NCBI GenBank assembly: GCA_964569955.1
Contig: CAZMWB010000002.1
Coordinates: 39,753 to 103,752 of the forward strand
Reading direction: 5' to 3'
DNA from: an uncultured Klebsiella sp.
Lineage (GTDB): Bacteria; Chloroflexota; Chloroflexia; Chloroflexales; Roseiflexaceae
Length of the DNA stretch: 64,000 nucleotides
The notes beneath the pieces are model-generated. The model had not been told where the DNA came from, did no database searches, and saw only the letters and a program-made list of their open reading frames with translations. Made by a program: the position numbers and the translations under genes. The stretch's first letter is position 1. Each line of letters starts with the position of its first letter. Of the stretch, positions 37,095 through 47,333 are shown in pieces.

Positions 37095-38888
37095 ATGCGA
37101 CATATCACCCAACGTCATATCATCATATGCCTCATCTATGTTGCATTACTCACATGGATGTGGCTACGTCCACTACAACCACTCATCGTAGACATTGGTG
37201 GTGATATCCGTAGCGGTTTGCGTGATTTAGATGGCTCGTATGTACGTGGCTTCTGGCCTTCAGAACCACGTCCTTGGCAACCAAGCCAAGGTCCCGCGCT
37301 ACGCTGGAGCGACGCGAGCTGGGCGGTGATGTGGCCACACGCAGGGACCGGTTTGTGGAAAGCACAACTTCGCATTGATTTATCGGGACGACCAGCAACA
37401 CAACCAGCCAGTGTGACGTGGGAATCCCCACCAGCCGGGCAGAGCGTTTTATCACCATCGCCACGCATCTACACGATGCTCGTACGCACTACCAACACTG
37501 ATTCTCCGACCATTCGTGCAACTGTAAACACGTTTCGTGTGGGCAACGATTCACGGGCACTGGGGATAGCACTGACCCGAATACGACTCGACGCGATCAC
37601 CCGAATCACACCCGGGCTCGGATTCGTGTGGTGGCTGGTCTGCCTCGGTTGGGGAGCATGGTTGCTTCGCCGCAACACCTGGCTGGGAATTGCCATCAGT
37701 CTACTGGCAACGCTCTGCATGGCTGCATTCCCCACGTGGGTCGCACTACACACGGAAAGTGGGCTCATGCTCACGCTCACCGCGTTTGCCATCAGTGTTG
37801 TTGCGTGGCATCTACGCCCATCACAATGGCTCACCATACAGGCACTCGTCGTGCTGTGCTGGGGGCAACTGCTTGCACTGTGGAGTCCTTGGTTGATTTC
37901 TTCCGACATTGGGATGCACGTGCGCATGCTCAAACAGGTACTTTCTGGCTCGTTGTTGTTCACTGCCCAACTCCCGTGCGAGGCTGGCGCCTACACGAGC
38001 CCATACCCACCTGCCGTCTACGTCCTCCTCTCACCGTTTGCATGGCTTTCCAGTGATGCCGATTACATCCCCCTGCTCCTTATGACGGCAGCAATTCTGT
38101 GTAATGCGGGCGCCGTGTGGTACATGGCTGACGTGCTTTTTTCGCGATCAGTAGTTGCCAATTACCGCATCTGGTTTGTGATCGTTGCATGTGTCAACTT
38201 CCCACTCTTTCGTGCAACGCACATCGGCGAGATGAGTAATGCGATCGCCCACGGGTTGGTCACACTCGCCTGTATCTCATGGCTCGATCAACGTCAGCGC
38301 ATCTGGATACCGGTAGCGCTGACAAGTGTGGCACTCCTCGCCCACACCGGCAACAGTATCACTCTGAGCATGATGCTCGGCATCCTCGCCATCCTACATG
38401 TCGTCAAATACCGCCATATCCCCACATGGCGCCGACTCGTGATATTGGCGATTCCCGCGGGAGTCACACTCCTCTACTATGCGAATTTCACACATCTCAT
38501 CGGCCAAGCCCCCGGGTATGCGGGCTGTCCGCCTGAAAGCACGCTCTTCTCACGTATGAGCAGTCTGGTGCATGTTGTGCCCTTCGTGTTGGTTACTTTT
38601 GCAGTAATCGGCATGGTGTGGGTGCGTGACTATCCACAATTTGTAGCCATGCTCGCCGGGTTCGGTGCGGCACTTGTTTCGATTGCCATGCTGACCATCA
38701 GCACACAGACCGTACGCTGGGGAATCAGTGTTATTCCATTTCTCGCCATTCCCATCGCCTATTTGTTGGCGCGCATGTGGCGCCACGGCACCGCCGGCCG
38801 CGTGCTCTCAATCACGAGTTTGTCTGCCTGGATATGGCTCACCTATGCAGATATGTGGACACGCATCATCCAGTATCTCCATGACTAA
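37095..38888 (+). CDS. large polytopic membrane protein with an N-terminal ectodomain (GT-C/YfhO-like candidate), paralog A
   Basis: One TM (IIICLIYVALLTWMWL), about 150 non-hydrophobic residues ending 'RALGIALTRIRL', then more than 10 helices. The loop motif 'SSDIGMHVRMLKQVLSG...SPYPPAVYVLL' is shared with the next gene. Confidence 0.5.
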   Translation: MRHITQRHIIICLIYVALLTWMWLRPLQPLIVDIGGDIRSGLRDLDGSYVRGFWPSEPRPWQPSQGPALRWSDASWAVMWPHAGTGLWKAQLRIDLSGRPATQPASVTWESPPAGQSVLSPSPRIYTMLVRTTNTDSPTIRATVNTFRVGNDSRALGIALTRIRLDAITRITPGLGFVWWLVCLGWGAWLLRRNTWLGIAISLLATLCMAAFPTWVALHTESGLMLTLTAFAISVVAWHLRPSQWLTIQALVVLCWGQLLALWSPWLISSDIGMHVRMLKQVLSGSLLFTAQLPCEAGAYTSPYPPAVYVLLSPFAWLSSDADYIPLLLMTAAILCNAGAVWYMADVLFSRSVVANYRIWFVIVACVNFPLFRATHIGEMSNAIAHGLVTLACISWLDQRQRIWIPVALTSVALLAHTGNSITLSMMLGILAILHVVKYRHIPTWRRLVILAIPAGVTLLYYANFTHLIGQAPGYAGCPPESTLFSRMSSLVHVVPFVLVTFAVIGMVWVRDYPQFVAMLAGFGAALVSIAMLTISTQTVRWGISVIPFLAIPIAYLLARMWRHGTAGRVLSITSLSAWIWLTYADMWTRIIQYLHD

Positions 38889-38939
38889 CCGGTGGTTGCC
38901 GTGTATAATGGCAGTGTATACGTATACGAAGGATTGGAC

Positions 38940-41246
38940 ATGAACGGGTTGCGTCAGATAAATATACGGCACGTTACCGCAGTCATTCTCTTCAGCAGTC
39001 TATTATTTGGCGTCATGAGTCTTGTACGGCTCGAGCAAACGGTCAACATATTGTATCCGCGAGCCGTCCTCAAACTCGACAATTTCCACACGCGCGAATA
39101 TGCCACGATAGTGCCTACCACGGCTGTCACCGCTGTGGCTCACAATGCCAATGAATGGCGTATCGTTGTCCCCGACACCCCAGACATCTCGCAGTTTCGC
39201 GTGATCGAGTTCTCCATAGACCAATTACCAGCGGAGTATCAGCGCCGCTTACTCGCCGTCTTCATTGACAATGCGCGTGTACTCGACACCAAGGACAGTG
39301 GGCGCTTTCAAGATTTTGGCTTCATCATACCAACGACGATTTCGTTGCGTCCTGGTGCAATTATCCGGATTACCACCATCCCCGATGACAAACTCACGCC
39401 ACCACCCCTGACGGTTACATCGGCTACACTCAGCAATGCCACCATCTATCGCTGGAGCAAGGGTGATGCCACCATTCATTTTTATGGCAGTGGTGGCGGC
39501 TGGTGGCATCTCAAAAGCACCATGTTGGTCCAGCATCCCGATAACAAAGATTTTACGGCGCAAGTCAGCGCCAACAATACCGTGGTCAGCACTATTCCCA
39601 ATACACAGACCGGGTTTCGCATCTATCACTCGTTGATTCCGCCCACAGGCAACAGTGCCGGTGATGTCGCCATCGGTCTTCAAAGCGCCACATGGGGTGG
39701 TAACGCGCAAGATGTGCGCGTCCTCGGAGTCGCCGTATCACAGATGCAACTCCGTCCCGTTGCGTCACCGTGGTACACCGTGGTACCGTCACTGCGTTTA
39801 GCAAGTGTCGTTGTGCTCGGACTCCTTGTTGCCATAGCTGCGCATCTGATGTCACTTTCCGTACTTGGTGTAGGAATCAGTGTCACGAGTGGTCTCATCA
39901 TCACCATGATGCTTGAGCGCGCCTATTTGGCAATGTGGTATCCACAACTCATCATTCTCGTGGCTATAAGCATTCTCGTTATTCCACTATGTTACAAAGT
40001 ACTCGAATGGAGCGAACCAGCCCATCCCTTTAGCCCGCTCGTCCGCAACACGCTCGTTGCATTGGTCGTGGTAAGTATTTGGGTGAAGGGTGGCGGAATT
40101 CTCTACCCCATCATGCGCCCAATTGATATCGAATGGCACATGAACAAAGTGCGTGAAATGCTCTCGACGGGGGATTTTGCCAAATTCTATCTGCCTGGTG
40201 CGTTTTCCGAATCGGTGATGCCAATCACGGAATGGGGCGAGAACCGGCCCATGATTCCCTATTCTCCGTTCTACCACTTTAGTGCACTGCTGTTTGCTGC
40301 GTTTCCATGGCCACTCGAAAAGACGGCCACCATACTGAATGCCATCGGTGACGCGTCGCGCATTCTGATTATTGCGCTGATTGCGCGCATCAGCGGGTTG
40401 TCGAACCGTGTGTCGCTCTTGGCCGCAGTGATGTATGCGGCGGCACCCGTCACATATTTACTCCATGCCTGGGGTAACACCCCCACTACATCGGGGCTCT
40501 GGTGGACCCTCGTAACAATGACTGCATTGCTTGCGCTGAGCCACAAGCTCCCACAGCGCAATATCATGGTGTTCCTGTTCGCATTACATGTCATTTCCAT
40601 GTTGATTTACACGGTTACTGCCGTCTTCCACGTGGTCTTCGTCACGTTACTCGTTGTCATCATCTGGCTTATTCCGGCACATCCGTTGCGTGCACAACTC
40701 AAATACATGCTCGTAGTCTGCTACGGCGGCCTCGCTTTTGCGACGCTGATTTATTACGGCCAGTACATCATGCCCATCATCGAGCGGACTATTCCCTATT
40801 TGCTGACCCCCAATAGTGTGCATACGGGAGCTGATGCAGAAACCCAAACCTCATTTGCCCTCTACTTCAGCAATTTCCTGACCACACTACGGTACGATTT
40901 TGTGGCAAATCCATATCTGTACTACGGCATTTTCATGCCCGTCTTGATGGTCGTACCTGGCTTCATCCTGATGATGAAACGCCCCGTGTTGTGGGCATTT
41001 GCGGCGGCCTGGTTTAGTGTGTCCGTCTTGTTCATGTTCGCCGGATATCGCTTCCCCATGGTTGACAAGCAGATTTTCTACATGTTGCCCATCATGATGA
41101 TCTGTTGGGGAATGATGGCAAGTGGCTGGTGGCGGCGTGGCTGGAGTGGACAAGTCCTCGTACTAATTGCCACCCTATACACGATTACGAGCGCACTCTC
41201 CCTGTGGGTCATCCGCATTGATCGTGCACCAATGGTGATTCCATGA
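38940..41246 (+). CDS. large polytopic membrane protein with an N-terminal ectodomain (GT-C/YfhO-like candidate), paralog B
   Basis: Start ATG 38940 follows a GAAGGA RBS, and the track's start at 38892 is GTG. One TM, about 270 ectodomain residues ending 'RVLGVAVSQMQL', then more than 12 helices. Loop motif 'PIDIEWHMNKVREMLSTG...IPYSPFYHF'. Confidence 0.5.
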   Translation: MNGLRQINIRHVTAVILFSSLLFGVMSLVRLEQTVNILYPRAVLKLDNFHTREYATIVPTTAVTAVAHNANEWRIVVPDTPDISQFRVIEFSIDQLPAEYQRRLLAVFIDNARVLDTKDSGRFQDFGFIIPTTISLRPGAIIRITTIPDDKLTPPPLTVTSATLSNATIYRWSKGDATIHFYGSGGGWWHLKSTMLVQHPDNKDFTAQVSANNTVVSTIPNTQTGFRIYHSLIPPTGNSAGDVAIGLQSATWGGNAQDVRVLGVAVSQMQLRPVASPWYTVVPSLRLASVVVLGLLVAIAAHLMSLSVLGVGISVTSGLIITMMLERAYLAMWYPQLIILVAISILVIPLCYKVLEWSEPAHPFSPLVRNTLVALVVVSIWVKGGGILYPIMRPIDIEWHMNKVREMLSTGDFAKFYLPGAFSESVMPITEWGENRPMIPYSPFYHFSALLFAAFPWPLEKTATILNAIGDASRILIIALIARISGLSNRVSLLAAVMYAAAPVTYLLHAWGNTPTTSGLWWTLVTMTALLALSHKLPQRNIMVFLFALHVISMLIYTVTAVFHVVFVTLLVVIIWLIPAHPLRAQLKYMLVVCYGGLAFATLIYYGQYIMPIIERTIPYLLTPNSVHTGADAETQTSFALYFSNFLTTLRYDFVANPYLYYGIFMPVLMVVPGFILMMKRPVLWAFAAAWFSVSVLFMFAGYRFPMVDKQIFYMLPIMMICWGMMASGWWRRGWSGQVLVLIATLYTITSALSLWVIRIDRAPMVIP

Positions 41247-42106
41247 ACGATTCACGCCCACACGCGCACCTACCCATAGATGCACTCGCAAACGCCATTG
41301 ACCCGTGGCTCCAGCACATGACATGGCGACGTGATTATCAGACCTGGCGTGAACGCCGTCTCTACCAAGAGCAGTATCAGATCGAACGTATCGCACAAAT
41401 CGAAGAATTCGCAGGGTCGTTGCGCGAATTGCGCCTACTCGATCTTGGTGCTGGCATGGGGGGATTTGCGGTGGCTGCCACACTGCACGGTGCGTCTGTA
41501 ACCGTCTCAGAATACAACTTCCCCTACTGCGAGATTGTACAGCTCCGAGCAGAACGCTATGCGCTCAGTATTCCCATCGTAAATGCTGCCGGCGAACACC
41601 TACCCTTCGGCGACGGACAATTCGATGTGGTTGTCTGCTGGGACGTGCTCGAACACGTCCAAGACCCTGTTGCGGTGCTCAAAGAAATCTATCGTGTGCT
41701 CACGCCCGGTGGGCGCGTGCTCCTGACAGCAATAAATCGTCGTGCCTGGATAGACCCGCACTACCACATCCCCAGCATTAATTGGTGGCCGCGTCGACTC
41801 GCCGAGTGGTACATTGCACGGCGTGGCAGAAGTAAAGCCGACACCCGCTTCAACGACATGCAGCGCCTCAGTGCCATGCACTATTTTGATTATCCCGAGT
41901 TTGTTGCGTTGGCACAGCGCATCGGCTATCACACCACAGACATGAACGAAGTCGCATTACGAGATGGTCGTTTTGTCAGCAAAAAAAGTAGCCGCCAACG
42001 GATGCGCGCCCTGCTCCGCCGCGTCGGACTCGAGCACCTCGCCTATCGGGCACAACGGGCTTGGTATGTGGGCATGTTTGAGTTGGCCCTCACGAAAGAA
42101 GCATAA
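41243..42106 (+). CDS. class I SAM-dependent methyltransferase
   Basis: Motif I 'LLDLGAGMGGF' and post-I/II 'FDVVVCWDVLEHV'. ATGA overlap with the upstream gene. Confidence 0.8.
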   Translation: MNDSRPHAHLPIDALANAIDPWLQHMTWRRDYQTWRERRLYQEQYQIERIAQIEEFAGSLRELRLLDLGAGMGGFAVAATLHGASVTVSEYNFPYCEIVQLRAERYALSIPIVNAAGEHLPFGDGQFDVVVCWDVLEHVQDPVAVLKEIYRVLTPGGRVLLTAINRRAWIDPHYHIPSINWWPRRLAEWYIARRGRSKADTRFNDMQRLSAMHYFDYPEFVALAQRIGYHTTDMNEVALRDGRFVSKKSSRQRMRALLRRVGLEHLAYRAQRAWYVGMFELALTKEA

Positions 42107-43755
42107 TGTCAGAGGCGCAGAAACCAGCTTCGTTGTCACAACAAGTCTCACGTGCGGTGGTATGGAATACGTTTTTTGTACCGTTACGCATGCTCGCCGA
42201 AATTGCAGCAACCGCCCTCAAGCTCACCGTGTTACCTGTGGCCGCATATGGACTGTTGGCATTGGTGAGCGGTGCGGCATCGGCGTTTGGCACTTGGATT
42301 GACCTTGGCACCACACGTGCCCTCCCCAAGTTCATCCCCGAAACCATGCGCACCCGGGGACCGAGTGCCGTCATTCGTCTCATTGGTGCCGTGTTTCTGG
42401 CACAAGCCCTACTCCTCATCGGTATTGCGGTGGGTCTTGCGTTCCAACAACAGTCATATCTTGCATCCCTCGCAGACAAAATTCAGGCTGATACCCGCAT
42501 TGATAGTGCGGCACAGACATTGCTCCATACCATCTTGCACGAACAAGGTTGGATGTTTATTGCAGTCATCATCGTCTTGTTGACCATGGGTGTCTGTTAT
42601 GACGTGCTGATGGCCTATCTCAACAGTTTTTTTAAGCAACGTGCGTGGAACGGCATCACGTTAATGGCCGGGCTCCTCCCGCAAATCCTGGCAGTGGTTG
42701 CCATCGTGGGAGCGCAGGCCAGCGCCGACCCGCTACGCTGGAGCGTTGTCGGCATCCTGGTAGCCTCGGCACTTGCGCCCACCATTGCGGTACTGGTTGC
42801 AACATGGCAAGTGGTACGCATTTGGCGTGCTGGGCACGATGTGGTTGCAACACCCGCCCCACACAATGCACGTTGGCTCCCTAGCGGCTTTCTCAAGTAC
42901 ACCGGTGTCTCCTACTTGATGACCATGACAGATTTCATTGCGGGCAAATCCTTCGCCGTCTATCTGACCAGCAGCCTGAGCGATGCCGCCATGCTCTGGG
43001 CGGGAGCGTCACTGGTAGGCATGGTGCTCTCGTACCTCTACACGCCACTCGTTGGTATCACCGTGCCCCTGTTCACCCGGGTTCGCGCCGGAGAAGGTGG
43101 GAGCATCCAAGGCGCTTTTGCCTCCATTGTCCGCATCCAACTCTTGTTGCTCGTTCCTGGTGGCGTAGCACTCATGCTCCTCGCCAAACCTGCACTCTTG
43201 ATTTTGACACCTCAATACGCAGATGCTGTAGGACTAGTGTACGTGCTTGTTCCCTGTCTGTTTCTTGAAAGCCTACTCACCGTTGCACACAATGTGATGA
43301 TTGTCTACGAGAAATTGACCATCGTGACCATCGGGCGTATGCTGACGTTGGTTGTTATCCCGCTGGGGATATGGCTGGGCGAACTCTACGGCGTGGTCGG
43401 ATTGGCACTCGCCTATGGCATTGCTCGTGTGATTGCCGGCCTATGGGCAACATTCTGGGGCTGGCGCCAGCTCAATTTGGTATGGCCATGGCCGTTCAGC
43501 GGACGCGTAGTAGCTGCAACGTCACTAATGGCGTTGGGCATCTACGTATGCACCTTTCTCATCACCATCCCAACCGCTACCACCGATCTAATGGCACGCC
43601 TGCAACTCATTCCCGGCTATGCGGTTATCGGTGTTGTAAACTTGGTACTGTTTGGGGCAACACTACGCCTATGTGGTGGGCTCGACACCAGCGACCGTGA
43701 ACAACTCTTCCGCTTGAAACTTCCGTTCAAAGCGTGGATTATGCGAGTACTGTGA
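42106..43755 (+). CDS. MOP-superfamily polysaccharide flippase (Wzx-like)
   Basis: About 14 helices with a basic N-terminal segment, as in polysaccharide biosynthesis (Wzx/RfbX) proteins. 1-nt overlaps on both sides (TAATG and GTGATG). Confidence 0.65.
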   Translation: MSEAQKPASLSQQVSRAVVWNTFFVPLRMLAEIAATALKLTVLPVAAYGLLALVSGAASAFGTWIDLGTTRALPKFIPETMRTRGPSAVIRLIGAVFLAQALLLIGIAVGLAFQQQSYLASLADKIQADTRIDSAAQTLLHTILHEQGWMFIAVIIVLLTMGVCYDVLMAYLNSFFKQRAWNGITLMAGLLPQILAVVAIVGAQASADPLRWSVVGILVASALAPTIAVLVATWQVVRIWRAGHDVVATPAPHNARWLPSGFLKYTGVSYLMTMTDFIAGKSFAVYLTSSLSDAAMLWAGASLVGMVLSYLYTPLVGITVPLFTRVRAGEGGSIQGAFASIVRIQLLLLVPGGVALMLLAKPALLILTPQYADAVGLVYVLVPCLFLESLLTVAHNVMIVYEKLTIVTIGRMLTLVVIPLGIWLGELYGVVGLALAYGIARVIAGLWATFWGWRQLNLVWPWPFSGRVVAATSLMALGIYVCTFLITIPTATTDLMARLQLIPGYAVIGVVNLVLFGATLRLCGGLDTSDREQLFRLKLPFKAWIMRVL

Positions 43756-44858
43756 TGCGCATTGCACTCTACAATCTCACCAACACCACCAAATACGGCG
43801 GTGTCGAAAGTTTTGTGTGGGATCTTGCAAACAACCTTGTTGCACGTGGACATGCCGTCACCGTCATCGGTGGCAACGGTCAGGTACGCGAAGCCGCACC
43901 TGGCGTGACTGTCCAGACATTCCCATACATTGATCGCGAGCGCTTCACGTGGATCCCCGGGTTACGCCGTGCATACGCCGAACGCAAGCTCCTTGAACGA
44001 CTCAGCATGGCACATCGTGCCATTTGGTACCTCATTCAACACCGATTTGATATTATCCACATCCAAAAACCATACGACCTCTTACCGGCTCTCATTGCAG
44101 GGCACTTTTCTGGTGCCAAAGTCATTCTCGGCTGTCACGGCGAAGATTACTACCGTGGTGACCGCTGGTTGGCGCGCTACGTGGATGGTGCCGTGAGTTG
44201 TAGCCAGTTTAATGCCGCCACAGTTAAACAACGCTACCCGATTGACATTGATGTGGTTTACAACGGCATTGATACGGAGTTGTTTCATGTGCCAGACCCC
44301 ATTCCCATCCTGTCACCACATCCACTCAAACTCCTCTTTGTGGGGCGACTCCAACCGTGGAAGGGCGTAGACACAGCCATTCGCGCCGTGGCACAAGTAC
44401 CCGACACAACGCTCACTATTGCCGGTGACGGGGGAGATCGTGACCGCCTAGTCACATTAACCAACGAGCTCGCTGTTTCGGCGCGTGTCACGTTTTTGGG
44501 ATCAGTACCACGCCATGAGATTGCACGGCTCATGCCACAGTTTCACGCATTAGTGGCCACAAGCTTTGCCAGTGAAACATTCGGCATCGGCCTCGTCGAA
44601 GCCCAGGCCTGCGGGGTGCCCGTTATTGCCTCACGCTTTGGCGGATTCGTCGAAGTCGTCTCCGAACATCGAACCGGCTTCTTTTTTACTCCGCAAAACG
44701 CAGAGGAGCTGGCCGCACACATACGCACGTTCCTACACGATCCCGCCCGCAGAAACGCCTTTGCGACTGCCGCGCCTGCGTGGGCCGCACAGTTTGCATG
44801 GCCTGCAGTCACCGATCGCGTTGAACAGGTCTATACAGCCGTGTTGGCACGAGGATAG
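43755..44858 (+). CDS. GT4 family glycosyltransferase
   Basis: 'MRIALYNLTNTTKYGGVESFV' and E-x7-E 'SETFGIGLVEAQA'. Confidence 0.8.
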   Translation: MRIALYNLTNTTKYGGVESFVWDLANNLVARGHAVTVIGGNGQVREAAPGVTVQTFPYIDRERFTWIPGLRRAYAERKLLERLSMAHRAIWYLIQHRFDIIHIQKPYDLLPALIAGHFSGAKVILGCHGEDYYRGDRWLARYVDGAVSCSQFNAATVKQRYPIDIDVVYNGIDTELFHVPDPIPILSPHPLKLLFVGRLQPWKGVDTAIRAVAQVPDTTLTIAGDGGDRDRLVTLTNELAVSARVTFLGSVPRHEIARLMPQFHALVATSFASETFGIGLVEAQACGVPVIASRFGGFVEVVSEHRTGFFFTPQNAEELAAHIRTFLHDPARRNAFATAAPAWAAQFAWPAVTDRVEQVYTAVLARG

Positions 44859-44859
44859 T

Positions 44860-46062
44860 ATGCACATATTGATGATTTCCACATTCGGATTCGACCCACA
44901 TTTCCCTAGTCGCCCAGAATTTCTGTTGGCCCGCACGCTTGCCGCCCACGGGCACACGGTCAGTGCCGTCGAATATGCGCACAATGCAGATATGCCCGCC
45001 CAGCAAGAATTTCTCCCAAATTTGACCATTTATCGCTGTCACACCGTGGGGTTCGTTTCCCGTGATTTATGGCGGTTGGCGCGACAGCTCCCCACACCAG
45101 ATATTATTCACGTCCATCATCTACGCCATTTGATGGCGTATCAGGCACAATGGCATTGGCGCGGGCGGACACCGATGGTGTTGACACCACATGGCATGTT
45201 GCACGATGGCGATCTGGTGGTTGACCGCGAACGCCCCCTCGAACACCCACTTACCCCTGAAAAATTAATTATGACAAGTAGCCAGTTGTGGCAAGCCATC
45301 AGACGCGGGCAACACCCACGCCGCAGTGTGCGCAATTTTCTCATTCATGCACCACTGCAACGCTACGATGGCATATTGGCGCTTTCCCATCATGAAAAAG
45401 GGGTCGTGGCCGATCTCGGTGTACCTGCCAACCGCATCAGCGTGATACCCAATGCGGTCGAACTCGACCAGTATCTTCGTGCACCCACGCGTCCCCGTGC
45501 CAACCAACCATTGATTCTCTACATAGGACAGCTCGTCCCCCGCAAAGGATGGGATTTGGCGGTACGGGCCCTGCCCCTGATTTTGGCGCAACAACCACAG
45601 GCCCAACTCGTGATGGTGACGCACAACACGAGCCAGCGTCAACAACTCGAAACGTTGGCACAGACACTGGGCGTCAGTGAGCATGTGCAGATACGCACCA
45701 ATGTGGACGAAGCAAGCAAAGTTCAACTGCTCCTCGAAGCAGATGTCTTGCTTGCGCCAAGTCGCTACGAAGGATTTGGCATCCCACCAATCGAAGCCAT
45801 GGCTGCCAAATGTCCCGTGGTAACCACCGATTGTGCGGCAGGAAATGAAATGGTGCACCATGAGCATACAGGCTTACTCGTTGCGTACGATGACGTGGCC
45901 GGCTATGCAGCTGCGATTCTACGACTACACGATAATCCGCAGTTGCGCCAAACACTCGTCGCCAATGGACTCCAACATGTGACACAGCACTATACACCAG
46001 CTGTTGTAGCAGCACAGACCCTTGCGTGCTATCAACAGCATATCAGTGCATTTACAAATTAG
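44860..46062 (+). CDS. GT4 family glycosyltransferase
   Basis: Start ATG 44860 (MHILMISTFGFDP). E-x7-E 'YEGFGIPPIEAMA'. The track's 98-aa N-terminal extension overlaps the previous GT4. Confidence 0.8.
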   Translation: MHILMISTFGFDPHFPSRPEFLLARTLAAHGHTVSAVEYAHNADMPAQQEFLPNLTIYRCHTVGFVSRDLWRLARQLPTPDIIHVHHLRHLMAYQAQWHWRGRTPMVLTPHGMLHDGDLVVDRERPLEHPLTPEKLIMTSSQLWQAIRRGQHPRRSVRNFLIHAPLQRYDGILALSHHEKGVVADLGVPANRISVIPNAVELDQYLRAPTRPRANQPLILYIGQLVPRKGWDLAVRALPLILAQQPQAQLVMVTHNTSQRQQLETLAQTLGVSEHVQIRTNVDEASKVQLLLEADVLLAPSRYEGFGIPPIEAMAAKCPVVTTDCAAGNEMVHHEHTGLLVAYDDVAGYAAAILRLHDNPQLRQTLVANGLQHVTQHYTPAVVAAQTLACYQQHISAFTN

Positions 46063-46103
46063 AAATCCATGTTATACTACAATCAATAGTACTAGGGGTG
46101 GCC

Positions 46104-47333
46104 ATGCGCATACTCTACTGCATTCCGCGCTACGACGCGGACGCCGTGGGCAACTTGATGCATACTGAAGTCATTGCTCATTGGAACAGTCAAGGGCACG
46201 ACACACACGTAGCGTCACTTTCGTCACGTGAACAATCCACAACCACATATCACATGGATGGCATAAAGGTCTACCATCTCCCCACTGCGTCCAATATTAT
46301 GGACAAGGTGTGTAACCGCGTTTTAGGCTGGATGACTGGGTACCCATACTTGTTCGGTGCATGGCGGAGCATGCGCGCCTTGCTACAGCGTGAGCAATAC
46401 GACGTACTGCATGTCGAAACATCGTTCCCCCTGGGATTCATCACGTTACTGGCACGTCCTGCACAGACACCTGTTGCAGTCACATTGCCGGGTGCAGATG
46501 TAATGGCCGTACCCGCATTTGACTATGGCTACGCACGCAATTGGTTTGTACGCCAAGCGGTACGCTGGGTGGTACAACGCGCCGAGCTCATCCGCGCAGA
46601 TTCACGCCAGATTGCAACACTTGTCAAGCACGCATATGATGCACCAGACGCACGTGTCATTGATATTCCGTACAACATTACTGAACCTACCTATCCCCCG
46701 GCAGGTGTTGATATCACCACGTTTCGCGCACAGGCACGGGCCACCATTTGCACCCGACATGGCTGGCAGAACGACGCCAAGCTGATTCTGAGCCTCAATA
46801 GACTTCATCCGTTCAAGGGAATCGAATACTTGGTAGAAGCCATACCGCTCTTGGTGACACGAGGCATCAATGCGCATGCCGTCATCGTGGGTGGCAATCG
46901 TAGCACGGCACGTTTCGGTGATTATGGTGCCTATCTCCAACAACGAGCCCGGGAACTAGGTGTCACCGATCGCGTGCACCTGATTGGTGGCGTGCCACAT
47001 CACGATGTAGCCGAATACATGGCTGGTTGCGACATAGCCGTCATTCCTTCCATTGCCGAGTCGTTTAGCCGGGTCGTCATCGAAGCCACCGCAGTCAGCA
47101 CACCACCCGTGGTGACGCGCACTACGGGAGCCAGCGACTACATCAAGGAGGCTGACTGCGGCGAAGTCGTTGAGCCACAAAGTGGCTCATCGCTTGCAGA
47201 CGGGATTGAGCGTGCGTTGGCGCGTACCGACGAACTGCAACAGCGCTGTCCCGCATTCGCAGCTGGATTTCGTGCTCCGGTGATCGCCGATGCACTGATG
47301 AACGCATATCGAACCCATGGACTTTGCAAATGA
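46104..47333 (+). CDS. GT4 family glycosyltransferase
   Basis: Start ATG 46104 (MRILYCIPRYD) follows an AGGGGTG RBS. 'AESFSRVVIEATA'. Confidence 0.75.
   Translation: MRILYCIPRYDADAVGNLMHTEVIAHWNSQGHDTHVASLSSREQSTTTYHMDGIKVYHLPTASNIMDKVCNRVLGWMTGYPYLFGAWRSMRALLQREQYDVLHVETSFPLGFITLLARPAQTPVAVTLPGADVMAVPAFDYGYARNWFVRQAVRWVVQRAELIRADSRQIATLVKHAYDAPDARVIDIPYNITEPTYPPAGVDITTFRAQARATICTRHGWQNDAKLILSLNRLHPFKGIEYLVEAIPLLVTRGINAHAVIVGGNRSTARFGDYGAYLQQRARELGVTDRVHLIGGVPHHDVAEYMAGCDIAVIPSIAESFSRVVIEATAVSTPPVVTRTTGASDYIKEADCGEVVEPQSGSSLADGIERALARTDELQQRCPAFAAGFRAPVIADALMNAYRTHGLCK

Noticed and set aside
44566-44859. N-terminal 98 aa of the 498-aa track ORF (44566-46062)
   Set aside because: It overlaps the 3' end of the preceding GT4. 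The GT4-typical N-terminus MHILMISTFG starts at 44860, 1 nt after the upstream stop.
45265-45867. 200-aa minus-strand ORF, and similar ORFs at 37469-37963, 22619-23116, 13937-14473 and 9172-9699
   Set aside because: Each lies antisense within a gene that has clear family motifs, so they are typical antisense open frames of a moderately GC-rich genome.
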